Below, piece after piece: positions 57,601 through 64,000 of a stretch of DNA of 64,000 bases (position 1 is the first letter of the stretch; every line of letters begins with the position of its first letter). The notes beneath the pieces were generated by a model. The model was not told where the DNA came from, did no database searches, and was given only the letters and a program-made list of their open reading frames with translations. The DNA is from Eledone cirrhosa (lineage: Eukaryota). Location: assembly GCA_964016885.1 (NCBI GenBank), contig OZ024742.1, positions 259,036,001 to 259,100,000 on the forward strand. Reading direction: 5' to 3'. Both the position numbers and the translations under genes were made by a program.

Positions 57601-60600
57601 GCAATACCAACATCATTACTAATGGCAACACAGCAATAACCAGCTCTAACATCATTACTAAGACTATCACAGCAATAAGCAACACCAACATCATTACTAA
57701 TGACAACACAGCAATAACCAGCTCTAACATCATAACTAAGACTAACACAGCAATAAGCAACACCAACATCATTACTAATGACAACACAGCAATAAGAAAC
57801 ACCAACATCATATCTAAGACTATCACAGCACTAAGCAACAACATCATTACTAAGTGCAACACAGCAATAAACAGCTCTAACATCATTACTAAGACTATCA
57901 CAGCAATAAGCAACACCAACACCATTACTAATGACAACACAGCAATAAACAACTCTAACATCATAACTAAGAATATCACAGCAATAAGCAATACCAACAT
58001 CATTACTAATGACAACACAGCAATAACCAGCTCTAACATCATAACTAAGAATATCACAGCAATAAGCAATACCAACATCATTACTAATGGCAACACAGCA
58101 ATAACCAGCTCTAACATCATTACTAAGACTATCACAGCAATAAGCAACACCAACATCATTACTAATGACAACACAGCAATAACCAGCTCTAACATCATAA
58201 CTAAGAATATCACAGCAATAAGCAATACCAACATCATTACTAATGGCAACACAGCAATAACCAGATCTAACATCATTACTAAGGCTATCACAGCAATAAG
58301 CAATACCAACATCATTACTAATGACAAAACAGCAATAACCAGCTCTAACATCGTTACTAAGACTATCACAGCAATAATCAACAACACCATCATTACTAAT
58401 GACAACACAGCAATAACCAGCTCTAACATCATAACTAAGAATATCACAGCAATAAGCAATACCAACATCATTACTAATGACAACATAGCAATAACCAGCT
58501 CTAACATCATAACTAAGACTATCACAGCAATAAGCAACACCAACATCATTACTAATGACAACACAGCAATAAGAAACACCAACATCATATCTAAGACTAT
58601 CACAGCACTAAGCAACAACATCATTACTAAGTGCAACACAGCAATAAACAGCTCTAACATCATTACTAAGACTATCACAGCAATAAGCAACACCAACACC
58701 ATTACTAATGACAACACAGCAATAAACAACTCTAACATCATAACTAAGAATATCACAGCAATAAGCAATACCAACATCATTACTAATGACAACACAGCAA
58801 TAACCAGCTCTAACATCATAACTAAGACTATCACAGCAATAAGCAACACCAACATCATTACTAATGGCAACACAGCAATAACCAGCTCTAACATCATTAC
58901 TAAGACTATCACAGCAATAAGCAACACCAACATCATTACTAATGGCAACACAGCAATAACCAGCTCTAACACCATAACTAAGACTATCACAGCAATAAGC
59001 AACACCAACATCATTACTAATGGCAACACAGCAATAACCGGCTCTAACATCATTACTAAGACTATCACAGCAATAAGCAACACCAACATCATTACTAGAG
59101 ACAACACAGCAATAAACAACTCTAACATCATTACTAAGACTATCACAGCAATAAGCAACACCAAAAGCATTACTAATGGCAACACAGCAATAACCAGCTC
59201 TAACATCATTACTAAGACTATCACAGCAATAAGCAACACCAACATCATTACTAATGGCAACACAGCAATAACCAGCTCTAACACCATAACTAAGACTGTC
59301 ACAGCAATAAGCAACACCAACATCATTACTAATGGCAACACAGCAATAACCAGCTCTAACATCATTACTAAGACTATCACAGCAATAAGCAACACCAACA
59401 TCATTACTAGAGACAACACAGCAATAAACAACTCTAACATCATTACTAAGACTATCACAGCAATAAGCAACACCAACATCATTACTAATGGCAACACAGC
59501 AATAACCAGCTCTAACATCATTACTAAGACTATCACAGCAATAAGCAACACCAACATCATTACTAATGCCAACACAGCAATAAACAACTCTAACATCATA
59601 ACTAAGACTATCACAGCAATAAGCAACACCAACATCATTACTAGAGACAACACAGCAATAACCAGCTCTAACATCATAACTAAGACTATCACAGCAATAA
59701 TCAACACCAACATCATTACTAATGCCAACACAGCAATAAACAACTCTAACATCATAACTAGGACTATCACAGCAATAAGCAACACCAACATCATTACTAA
59801 TGGCAACACAGCAATAACCAACTCTAACATCATAACTAAGACTATCACAGCAATAAGCAACACCAACATCATTACTAGAGACAACACAGCAATAACCAAC
59901 TCTAACATCATTACTAAGACTATCACAGCAATAAGCAACACCAACATCATTACTAATGGCAACACAGCAATAACCAGCTCTAACATCATTACTAAGACTA
60001 TCACTGCAATAAGCAACACCAACATCATTACTAATGACAAGGCAGAAATAACCAGCTCTAACATCATTACTAAGACTATCACAGCAATAAGCAACACCAA
60101 CATCATTACTAATGGCAACACAGCAATAAACAACTCTAACATCATAACTAAGACTATCACAGCAATAAGCAATACCAACATCATTAATAATGACAACACA
60201 GCAATAAACAACTCTAACATCATAACTAAGAATATCACAGCAATAAGCAATACCAACATCATTACTAATGACAACACAGCAATAACCAGCTCTAACATCA
60301 TAACTAAGAATATCACAGCAATAAGCAATACCAACATCATTACTAATGGCAACACAGCAATAACCAGCTCTAACATCATTACTAAGACTATCACAGCAAT
60401 AAGCAACACCAACATCATTACTAATGACAACACAGCAATAACCAGCTCTAACATCATAACTAAGAATATCACAGCAATAAGCAATACCAACATCATTACT
60501 AATGGCAACACAGCAATAACCAGATCTAACATCATTACTAAGGCTATCACTGCAATAAGCAATACCAACATCATTACTAATGACAACACAGCAATAACCA

Positions 60601-63600
60601 GCTCTAAAATCATAACTAAGACTATCACAGCAATAAGCAACAACACCATCATTACTAATGACAACACAGCAATAACCAACTCTAACATCATAACTAAGAC
60701 TATCACAGCAATAAGCAATACTAACATCATTACTAATGGCAACATAGCAATAACCAGCTCTAACATCATTACTAAGACTATCCCAGCAATAAGCAACACA
60801 AACATCATTACTAATGGCAACGCAGCAATAACCAACTCTAACATCATAACTAAGACTATCACAGCAATAAGCAACACCAACATCATTACTAATGACAACA
60901 CAGCAATAAGCAACACTAACATCATTACTAATGGCAACGCAGCAATAACCAACTCTAACATCATTACTAAGACTATCGCAGCAATAAGCAACACCAACAT
61001 CATTACTAATAGCAACGCAGCAATAACCAGCTCTAACATCATAAGTAAGACTATCACAGCAATAAGCAACACCAACATCATTACTAATGACAACATAGCA
61101 ATAACCAACTCTAACATCATAACTAAGACTATCACAGCAATAAGCAACACCAACATCATTACTAATGGCAACGCAGCAATAACCAGCTCAAACCTCATAA
61201 CTAAGACTATCACAGCAATAAGCAACACCAACATCATTACTAATGACAACATAGCAATAACCAGCTCTAACAGCATAACTAAGACTAACACAGCAATAAG
61301 CAACACCAACATCATTACTAATGACAACACAGCAATAAGAAACACCAACATCATATCTAAGACTATCACAGCACTAAGCAACAACATCATTACTAAGTGC
61401 AACACAGCAATAAACAGCTCTAACATCATTACTAAGACTATCACAGCAATAAGCAACACCAACACCATTACTAATGACAACACAGCAATAAACAACTCTA
61501 ACATCATAACTAAGAATATCACAGCAATAAGCAATACCAACATCATTACTAATGACAACACAGCAATAACCAGCTCTAACATCATAACTAAGAATATCAC
61601 AGCAATAAGCAATACCAACATCATTACTAATGGCAACACAGCAATAACCAGCTCTAACATCATTACTAAGACTATCACAGCAATAAGCAACACCAACATC
61701 ATTACTAATGACAACACAGCAATAACCAGCTCTAACATCATAACTAAGAATATCACAGCAATAAGCAATACCAACATCATTACTAATGGCAACACAGCAA
61801 TAACCAGATCTAACATCATTACTAAGGCTATCACAGCAATAAGCAATACCAACATCATTACTAATGACAAAACAGCAATAACCAGCTCTAACATCGTTAC
61901 TAAGACTATCACAGCAATAATCAACAACACCATCATTACTAATGACAACACAGCAATAACCAACACTAACATCATTACTAAGACTATCACAGCAATAAGC
62001 AACACCAACATCATTACTAATGACAACACAGCAATAACCAACTCTAACATCATTACTAAGACTATCCCAGCAATAAGCAACACCAACATCATTACTAATG
62101 GCAACGCAGCAATAACCAACTCTAACATCATAACTAAGACTATCACAGCAATAAGCAACACCAACATCATTACTAATGACAACACAGCAATAAGCAACAC
62201 CAACATCATTACTAATGGCAACGCAGCAATAACCAACTCTAACATCATAACTAAGACTATCACAGCAATAAGCAATACTAACATCATTACTAATGGCAAC
62301 ATAGCAATAACCAGCTCTAACATCATTACTAAGACTATCCCAGCAATAAGCAACACCAACATCATTACTAATGGCAACGCAGCAATAACCAACTCTAACA
62401 TCATAACCGAGACTATCACAGCAATAAGCAACACCAACATCATTACTAATGACAACACAGCAATAAGCAACACCAACATCATTACTAATGGCAACGCAGC
62501 AATAACCAACTGTAACATCATTACTAAGACTATCATAGCAATAATCAACACCAACTTCATTACTAATGGCAACGCAGCAATAACCAGCTCTAACATCATA
62601 ACTAAGACTATCACAGCAATAAGCAACACCAACATCATTACTAATGACAACATAGCAATAACCAGCTCTAACATCATAACTAAGACTATCACAGCAATAA
62701 GCAACACCAACATCATTACTAAAGACAACACAGCAATAAGAAACACCAACATCATATCTAAGACTATCACAGCACTAAGCAACAACATCATTACTAAGTG
62801 CAACACAGCAATAAACAGCTCTAACATCATTACTAAGACTATCACAGCAATAATCAACACCAACATCATTACTAATGGCAACACAGCAATAACCAGCTCT
62901 AACATCATTACTAAGACTATCACAGCAATAAGCAACACCAACATCATTACCAATGGCAACACAGCAATGACCAGCTCTAACATCATTACTAAGACTATCA
63001 CAGCAATAAGAAACACCAACATCATTACCAATGGCAACGCAGCAATAACCAGCTCTAACATCATAACTAACACTATCACAGCAATAAGCAACACCAACAT
63101 CATTACTAATGACTAACACAGCAATAACCAACTCTAACATCATTACTAAGACTATCACAGCAATAAGCAACACCAACATCATTACTAAAGACAACACAGC
63201 AATAACCAGCTCTAACATCATTACTAAGACTATCACAGCAATAAGCAATACCAACATCATTACTAATGGCAACACAGCAATAACCAGATCTAACATCATT
63301 ACTAAGGCTATCACTGCAATAAGCAATACCAACATCATTACTAATGACAACACAGCAATAACCAGCTCTAACATCGTTACTAGGACTATGACAGCAATAA
63401 TCAACAACACCATCATTACTAATGACAACACAGCAATAACCAACTCTAACATCATAACTAAGACTATCACAGCAATAAGCAATACTAACATCATTACTAA
63501 TGGCAACATAGCAATAACCAGCTCTAACATCATTACTAAGGCTATCCCAGCAATAAGCAACACAAACATCATTACTAATGGCAACGCAGCAATAACCAAC

Positions 63601-64000
63601 TCTAACATCATAACTAAGACTATCACAGCAATAAGCAACACCAACATCATTACTAATGACAACACAGCAATAAGCAACATTAACATCATTACTAATGGCA
63701 ACGCAGCAATAACCAACTCTAACATCATTACTAAGACTATCGCAGCAATAAGCAACACCAACATCATTACTAATAGCAACGCAGCAATAACCAGCTCTAA
63801 CATCATAACTAAGACTATCACAGCAATAAGCAACACCAACATCATTACTAATGACAACATAGCAATAACCAGCTCTAACATCATAACTAAGACTATCACA
63901 GCAATAAGCAACACCAACATCATTACTAATGGCAACGCAGCAATAACCAGCTCAAACATCATAACTAAGACTATCACAGCAATAAGCAACACCAACATCA
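36625..64000. repeat. Giant 39-bp (78-bp dimer) tandem array with higher-order structure, running off the window end
   Basis: Alternating units aacatcattactaagactatcacagcaataagcaacacc and aacatcattactaatggcaacacagcaataaccagctct; ~700 monomers; degenerate left edge at 36625-36740. Confidence 0.98.
37377..63116 (+). CDS. Hypothetical giant repetitive exon/ORF (~8,580 codons stop-to-stop; consensus TITAISNTNIITNGNTAITSSNIITK)
   Basis: Frame open from the TAA at 37374-37376 to the TAA at 63114-63116; internal length variants are multiples of 3. No good start codon, splice acceptor or unique domain was seen. Confidence 0.2.
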   Translation, partial: QYHSNTAITSSNTITKTITAISNTNIITNGNTAITNSNIITKTITAISNTNIITRDNTAITNSNIITKTITAISNTNIITNGNTAITSSNIITKTITAISNTNIITNDKAEITSSNIITKTITAISNTKIITNGNTAITSSNIITKTITAISNTNIITNGNTAITSSNTITKTITAISNTNIITNGNTAITSSNIITKTITAISNTNIITRDNTAINNSNIITKTITAISNTNIITNGNTAITSSNIITKTITAISNTNIITNGNTAITSSNTITKTITAISNTNIITNGNTAITNSNIITKTITAISNTNIITRDNTAITNSNIITKTITAISNTNIITNGNTAITSSNIITKTITAISNTNIITNDKAEITSSNIITKTITAISNTKIITNGNTAITSSNIITKTITAISNTNIITNGNTAITSSNTITKTITAISNTNIITNGNTAITSSNIITKTITAISNTNIITRDNTAINNSNIITKTITAISNTNIITNGNTAITSSNIITKTITAISNTNIITNGNTAITSSNTITKTITAISNTNIITNGNTAITNSNIITKTITAISNTNIITNGNTAITSSNTITKTITAISNTNIITNGNTAITSSNIITKTITAISNTNIITRDNTAINNSNIITKTITAISNTNIITNGNTAINNSNIITKTITAISNTNIITNDNTAINNSNIITKNITAISNTNIITNDNTAITSSNIITKNITAISNTNIITNGNTAITSSNIITKTITAISNTNIITNDNTAITSSNIITKNITAISNTNIITNGNTAITRSNIITKAITAISNTNIITNDNTAITSSNIVTRTMTAIINNTIITNDNTAITNSNIITKTITAISNTNIITNDNTAISNTNIITNGNAAITNSNIITKTIAAISNTNIITNSNAAITSSNIISKTITAISNTNIITNDNIAITSSNIITKTITAISNTNIITNGNAAITSSNIITKTITAISNTNIITNDNIAITSSNIITKTITAISNTNIITNDNTAIRNTNIISKTITALSNNIITKCNTAINSSNIITKTITAISNTNTITNDNTAINNSNIITKNITAISNTNIITNDNTAITSSNIITKNITAISNTNIITNGNTAITSSNIITKTITAISNTNIITNDNTAITSSNIITKNITAISNTNIITNDNIAITSSNIITKTITAISNTNIITNDNTAIRNTNIISKTITALSSNIITKCNTAINSSNIITKTITAISNTNTITNDNTAINNSNIITKNITAISNTNIITNDNTAITSSNIITKTITAISNTNIITNGNTAITSSNIITKTITAISNTNIITNGNTAITSSNTITKTITAISNTNIITNGNTAITSSNIITKTITAISNTNIITRDNTAINNSNIITKTITAISNTKIITNRNTAITSSNIITKTITAISNTNIITNGNTAITSSNTITKTITAISNTNIITNGNTAITSSNIITKTITAISNTNIITRDNTAINNSNIITKTITAISNTNIITNGNTAITSSNIITKTITAISNTNIITNANTAINNSNIITKTITAISNTNIITRDNTAITSSNIITKTITAIINTNIITNANTAINNSNIITRTITAISNTNIITNGNTAITNSNIITKTITAISNTNIITRDNTAITNSNIITKTITAISNTNIITNGNTAITSSNIITKTITAISNTNIITNDKAGITSSNIITKTITAIRNTNIITNGNTAINNSNIITKTITAISNTNIITNNNTAINNSNIITKNITAISNTNIITNDNTAITSSNIITKNITAISNTNIITNGNTAITSSNIITKTITAISNTNIITNDNTAITSSNIITKNITAISNTNIITNGNTAITRSNIITKAITAISNTNIITNDNTAITSSKIITKTITAISNNTIITNDNTAITNSNIITKTITAISNTNIITNGNIAITSSNIITKTIPAISNTNIITNGNAAITNSNIITKTITAISNTNIITNDNTAISNTNIITNGNAAITNSNIITKTIAAISNTNIITNSNAAITSSNIISKTITAISNTNIITNDNIAITSSNIITKTITAISNTNIITNGNAAITSSNIITKTITAISNTNIITNDNIAITSSNIITKTITAISNTNIITNDNTAIRNTNIISKTITALSNNIITKCNTAINSSNIITKTITAISNTNTITNDNTAINNSNIITKNITAISNTNIITNDNTAITSSNIITKNITAISNTNIITNGNTAITSSNIITKTITAISNTNIITNDNTAITSSNIITKNITAISNTNIITNDNIAITSSNIITKTITAISNTNIITNDNTAIRNTNIISKTITALSNNIITKCNTAINSSNIITKTITAISNTNTITNDNTAINNSNIITKNITAISNTNIITNDNTAITSSNIITKTITAISNTNIITNSNTAITSSNIITKTITAISNTNIITNDNTAIRNTNIISKTITALSNNIITKCNTAINSSNIITKTITAISNTNTITNDNTAINNSNIITKNITAISNTNIITNDNTAITSSNIITKNITAISNTNIITNGNTAITSSNIITKTITAISNTNIITNDNTAITSSNIITKNITAISNTNIITNDNIAITSSNIITKTIAAISNTNIITNDNTAIRNTNIISKTITALSNNIITKCNTAINSSNIITKTITAISNTNTITNDNTAINNSNIITKNITAISNTNIITNDNTAITSSNIITKTITAISNTNIITNGNTAITSSNIITKTITAISNTNIITNGNTAITSSNTITKTITAISNTNIITNGNTAITSSNIITKTITAISNTNIITRDNTAINNSNIITKTITAISNTKSITNGNTAITSSNIITKTITAISNTSIITNGNTAITSSNTITKTITAISNTNIITNGNTAITSSNIITKTITAISNTNIITRDNTAINNSNIITKTITAISNTNIITNGNTAITSSNIITKTITAISNTNIITRDNTAITSSNIITKTITAIINTNIITNANTAINNSNIITRTITAISNTNIITNGNTAITNSNIITKTITAISNTNIITRDNTAISNTNIITNGNTAITRSNIITKAITAISNTNIITNDNTAITSSKIITKTITAISNNTIITNDNTAITNSNIITKTITAISNTNIITNGNIAITSSNIITKTIPAISNTNIITNGNAAITNSNIITKTITAISNTNIITNDNTAISNTNIITNGNAAITNSNIITKTIAAISNTNIITNSNAAITSSNIISKTITAISNTNIITNDNIAITSSNIITKTITAISNTNIITNGNAAITSSNIITKTITAISNTNIITNDNIAITSSNIITKTITAISNTNIITNDNTAIRNTNIISKTITALSNNIITKCNTAINSSNIITKTITAISNTNTITNDNTAINNSNIITKNITAISNTNIITNDNTAITSSNIITKNITAISNTNIITNGNTAITSSNIITKTITAISNTNIITNDNTAITSSNIITKNITAISNTNIITNDNIAITSSNIITKTITAISNTNIITNDNTAIRNTNIISKTITALSNNIITKCNTAINSSNIITKTITAISNTNTITNDNTAINNSNIITKNITAISNTNIITNDNTAITSSNIITKTITAISNTNIITNGNTAITSSNIITKTITAISNTNIITNGNTAITSSNTITKTITAISNTNIITNGNTAITSSNIITKTITAISNTNIITRDNTAINNSNIITKTITAISNTKSITNGNTAITSSNIITKTITAISNTNIITNGNTAITSSNTITKTVTAISNTNIITNGNTAITSSNIITKTITAISNTNIITRDNTAINNSNIITKTITAISNTNIITNGNTAITSSNIITKTITAISNTNIITNANTAINNSNIITKTITAISNTNIITRDNTAITSSNIITKTITAIINTNIITNANTAINNSNIITRTITAISNTNIITNGNTAITNSNIITKTITAISNTNIITRDNTAITNSNIITKTITAISNTNIITNGNTAITSSNIITKTITAISNTNIITNDKAEITSSNIITKTITAISNTNIITNGNTAINNSNIITKTITAISNTNIINNDNTAINNSNIITKNITAISNTNIITNDNTAITSSNIITKNITAISNTNIITNGNTAITSSNIITKTITAISNTNIITNDNTAITSSNIITKTNTAISNTNIITNDNTAIRNTNIISKTITALSNNIITKCNTAINSSNIITKTITAISNTNTITNDNTAINNSNIITKNITAISNTNIITNDNTAITSSNIITKNITAISNTNIITNGNTAITSSNIITKTITAISNTNIITNDNTAITSSNIITKNITAISNTNIITNGNTAITRSNIITKAITAISNTNIITNDKTAITSSNIVTKTITAIINNTIITNDNTAITSSNIITKNITAISNTNIITNDNIAITSSNIITKTITAISNTNIITNDNTAIRNTNIISKTITALSNNIITKCNTAINSSNIITKTITAISNTNTITNDNTAINNSNIITKNITAISNTNIITNDNTAITSSNIITKTITAISNTNIITNGNTAITSSNIITKTITAISNTNIITNGNTAITSSNTITKTITAISNTNIITNGNTAITSSNIITKTITAISNTNIITRDNTAINNSNIITKTITAISNTKSITNGNTAITSSNIITKTITAISNTSIITNGNTAITSSNTITKTITAISNTNIITNGNTAITSSNIITKTITAISNTNIITRDNTAINNSNIITKTITAISNTNIITNGNTAITSSNIITKTITAISNTNIITRDNTAITSSNIITKTITAIINTNIITNANTAINNSNIITRTITAISNTNIITNGNTAITNSNIITKTITAISNTNIITRDNTAISNTNIITNGNTAITRSNIITKAITAISNTNIITNDNTAITSSKIITKTITAISNNTIITNDNTAITNSNIITKTITAISNTNIITNGNIAITSSNIITKTIPAISNTNIITNGNAAITNSNIITKTITAISNTNIITNDNTAISNTNIITNGNAAITNSNIITKTIAAISNTNIITNSNAAITSSNIISKTITAISNTNIITNDNIAITSSNIITKTITAISNTNIITNGNAAITSSNIITKTITAISNTNIITNDNIAITSSNIITKTITAISNTNIITNDNTAIRNTNIISKTITALSNNIITKCNTAINSSNIITKTITAISNTNTITNDNTAINNSNIITKNITAISNTNIITNDNTAITSSNIITKNITAISNTNIITNGNTAITSSNIITKTITAISNTNIITNDNTAITSSNIITKNITAISNTNIITNDNIAITSSNIITKTITAISNTNIITNDNTAIRNTNIISKTITALSNNIITKCNTAINSSNIITKTITAISNTNTITNDNTAINNSNIITKNITAISNTNIITNDNTAITSSNIITKTITAISNTNIITNGNTAITSSNIITKTITAISNTNIITNGNTAITSSNTITKTITAISNTNIITNGNTAITSSNIITKTITAISNTNIITRDNTAINNSNIITKTITAISNTKSITNGNTAITSSNIITKTITAISNTSIITNGNTAITSSNTITKTITAISNTNIITNGNTAITSSNIITKTITAISNTNIITRDNTAINNSNIITKTITAISNTNIITNGNTAITSSNIITKTITAISNTNIITRDNTAITSSNIITKTITAIINTNIITNANTAINNSNIITRTITAISNTNIITNGNTAITNSNIITKTITAISNTNIITRDNTAISNTNIITNGNTAITRSNIITKAITAISNTNIITNDNTAITSSKIITKTITAISNNTIITNDNTAITNSNIITKTITAISNTNIITNGNIAITSSNIITKTIPAISNTNIITNGNAAITNSNIITKTITAISNTNIITNDNTAISNTNIITNGNAAITNSNIITKTIAAISNTNIITNSNAAITSSNIISKTITAISNTNIITNDNIAITSSNIITKTITAISNTNIITNGNAAITSSNIITKTITAISNTNIITNDNIAITSSNIITKTITAISNTNIITNDNTAIRNTNIISKTITALSNNIITKCNTAINSSNIITKTITAISNTNTITNDNTAINNSNIITKNITAISNTNIITNDNTAITSSNIITKNITAISNTNIITNGNTAITSSNIITKTITAISNTNIITNDNTAITSSNIITKNITAISNTNIITNDNIAITSSNIITKTITAISNTNIITNDNTAIRNTNIISKTITALSNNIITKCNTAINSSNIITKTITAISNTNTITNDNTAINNSNIITKNITAISNTNIITNDNTAITSSNIITKTITAISNTNIITNGNTAITSSNIITKTITAISNTNIITNGNTAITSSNTITKTITAISNTNIITNGNTAITSSNIITKTITAISNTNIITRDNTAINNSNIITKTITAISNTKSITNGNTAITSSNIITKTITAISNTNIITNGNTAITSSNTITKTVTAISNTNIITNGNTAITSSNIITKTITAISNTNIITRDNTAINNSNIITKTITAISNTNIITNGNTAITSSNIITKTITAISNTNIITNANTAINNSNIITKTITAISNTNIITRDNTAITSSNIITKTITAIINTNIITNANTAINNSNIITRTITAISNTNIITNGNTAITNSNIITKTITAISNTNIITRDNTAITNSNIITKTITAISNTNIITNGNTAITSSNIITKTITAISNTNIITNDKAEITSSNIITKTITAISNTNIITNGNTAINNSNIITKTITAISNTNIINNDNTAINNSNIITKNITAISNTNIITNDNTAITSSNIITKNITAISNTNIITNGNTAITSSNIITKTITAISNTNIITNDNTAITSSNIITKTNTAISNTNIITNDNTAIRNTNIISKTITALSNNIITKCNTAINSSNIITKTITAISNTNTITNDNTAINNSNIITKNITAISNTNIITNDNTAITSSNIITKNITAISNTNIITNGNTAITSSNIITKTITAISNTNIITNDNTAITSSNIITKNITAISNTNIITNGNTAITRSNIITKAITAISNTNIITNDKTAITSSNIVTKTITAIINNTIITNDNTAITSSNIITKNITAISNTNIITNDNIAITSSNIITKTITAISNTNIITNDNTAIRNTNIISKTITALSNNIITKCNTAINSSNIITKTITAISNTNTITNDNTAINNSNIITKNITAISNTNIITNDNTAITSSNIITKTITAISNTNIITNGNTAITSSNIITKTITAISNTNIITNGNTAITSSNTITKTITAISNTNIITNGNTAITGSNIITKTITAISNTNIITRDNTAINNSNIITKTITAISNTKSITNGNTAITSSNIITKTITAISNTNIITNGNTAITSSNTITKTVTAISNTNIITNGNTAITSSNIITKTITAISNTNIITRDNTAINNSNIITKTITAISNTNIITNGNTAITSSNIITKTITAISNTNIITNANTAINNSNIITKTITAISNTNIITRDNTAITSSNIITKTITAIINTNIITNANTAINNSNIITRTITAISNTNIITNGNTAITNSNIITKTITAISNTNIITRDNTAITNSNIITKTITAISNTNIITNGNTAITSSNIITKTITAISNTNIITNDKAEITSSNIITKTITAISNTNIITNGNTAINNSNIITKTITAISNTNIINNDNTAINNSNIITKNITAISNTNIITNDNTAITSSNIITKNITAISNTNIITNGNTAITSSNIITKTITAISNTNIITNDNTAITSSNIITKNITAISNTNIITNGNTAITRSNIITKAITAISNTNIITNDNTAITSSKIITKTITAISNNTIITNDNTAITNSNIITKTITAISNTNIITNGNIAITSSNIITKTIPAISNTNIITNGNAAITNSNIITKTITAISNTNIITNDNTAISNTNIITNGNAAITNSNIITKTIAAISNTNIITNSNAAITSSNIISKTITAISNTNIITNDNIAITNSNIITKTITAISNTNIITNGNAAITSSNLITKTITAISNTNIITNDNIAITSSNSITKTNTAISNTNIITNDNTAIRNTNIISKTITALSNNIITKCNTAINSSNIITKTITAISNTNTITNDNTAINNSNIITKNITAISNTNIITNDNTAITSSNIITKNITAISNTNIITNGNTAITSSNIITKTITAISNTNIITNDNTAITSSNIITKNITAISNTNIITNGNTAITRSNIITKAITAISNTNIITNDKTAITSSNIVTKTITAIINNTIITNDNTAITNTNIITKTITAISNTNIITNDNTAITNSNIITKTIPAISNTNIITNGNAAITNSNIITKTITAISNTNIITNDNTAISNTNIITNGNAAITNSNIITKTITAISNTNIITNGNIAITSSNIITKTIPAISNTNIITNGNAAITNSNIITETITAISNTNIITNDNTAISNTNIITNGNAAITNCNIITKTIIAIINTNFITNGNAAITSSNIITKTITAISNTNIITNDNIAITSSNIITKTITAISNTNIITKDNTAIRNTNIISKTITALSNNIITKCNTAINSSNIITKTITAIINTNIITNGNTAITSSNIITKTITAISNTNIITNGNTAMTSSNIITKTITAIRNTNIITNGNAAITSSNIITNTITAISNTNIITND

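Noticed and set aside
37382-63103. 8573-aa minus-strand ORF (MMLVLLIAVIVLV)n
   Set aside because: Almost purely aliphatic with no loops, so implausible as a protein. It is the antisense shadow of the triplet-periodic repeat.
36595-63998. Cys-rich minus-strand frame (YCCDSLSNDVRAG/YCCVAISNDVGVA)n
   Set aside because: Repeatedly interrupted: the variants gcactaagc and agctcaaac create TAG and TGA in this frame many times.
36625-64000. CRISPR-like appearance of the periodic array
   Set aside because: No unique spacers and no cas genes; eukaryotic context; contiguous tandem monomers.

Overview
AT-rich animal genomic DNA, most likely an octopus (coleoid cephalopod). This is inferred from the SINE families and the dense (TA)n/(CA)n/(ATT)n microsatellites, not from a database search. 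No conventional host protein-coding gene is confidently identifiable. The first ~36.6 kb looks intronic or intergenic and is packed with mobile elements: many copies of two SINE families (several with clear target-site duplications), a pseudogenised R4/Dong-type non-LTR retrotransposon embedded in (ATT)n (16.1-18.4 kb), RTE and CR1-like LINE remnants, and a 5'-truncated Penelope-like element of the Naiad type (RT + CxCx5Cx5C + GIY-YIG) bracketed by ~205-bp inverted pseudo-LTRs (33.0-35.6 kb). Several fold-back inverted repeats are also present. From ~36.7 kb to the window end lies a ~27-kb tandem array of about 700 39-bp monomers (78-bp dimer), with higher-order blocks of 780, 2646 and 2724 bp. 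One + frame (Ile/Thr/Asn/Ser 13-aa repeat) and one - frame stay open for ~25.7 kb. Whether the array is a giant repetitive exon or a triplet-derived minisatellite cannot be decided from sequence alone.
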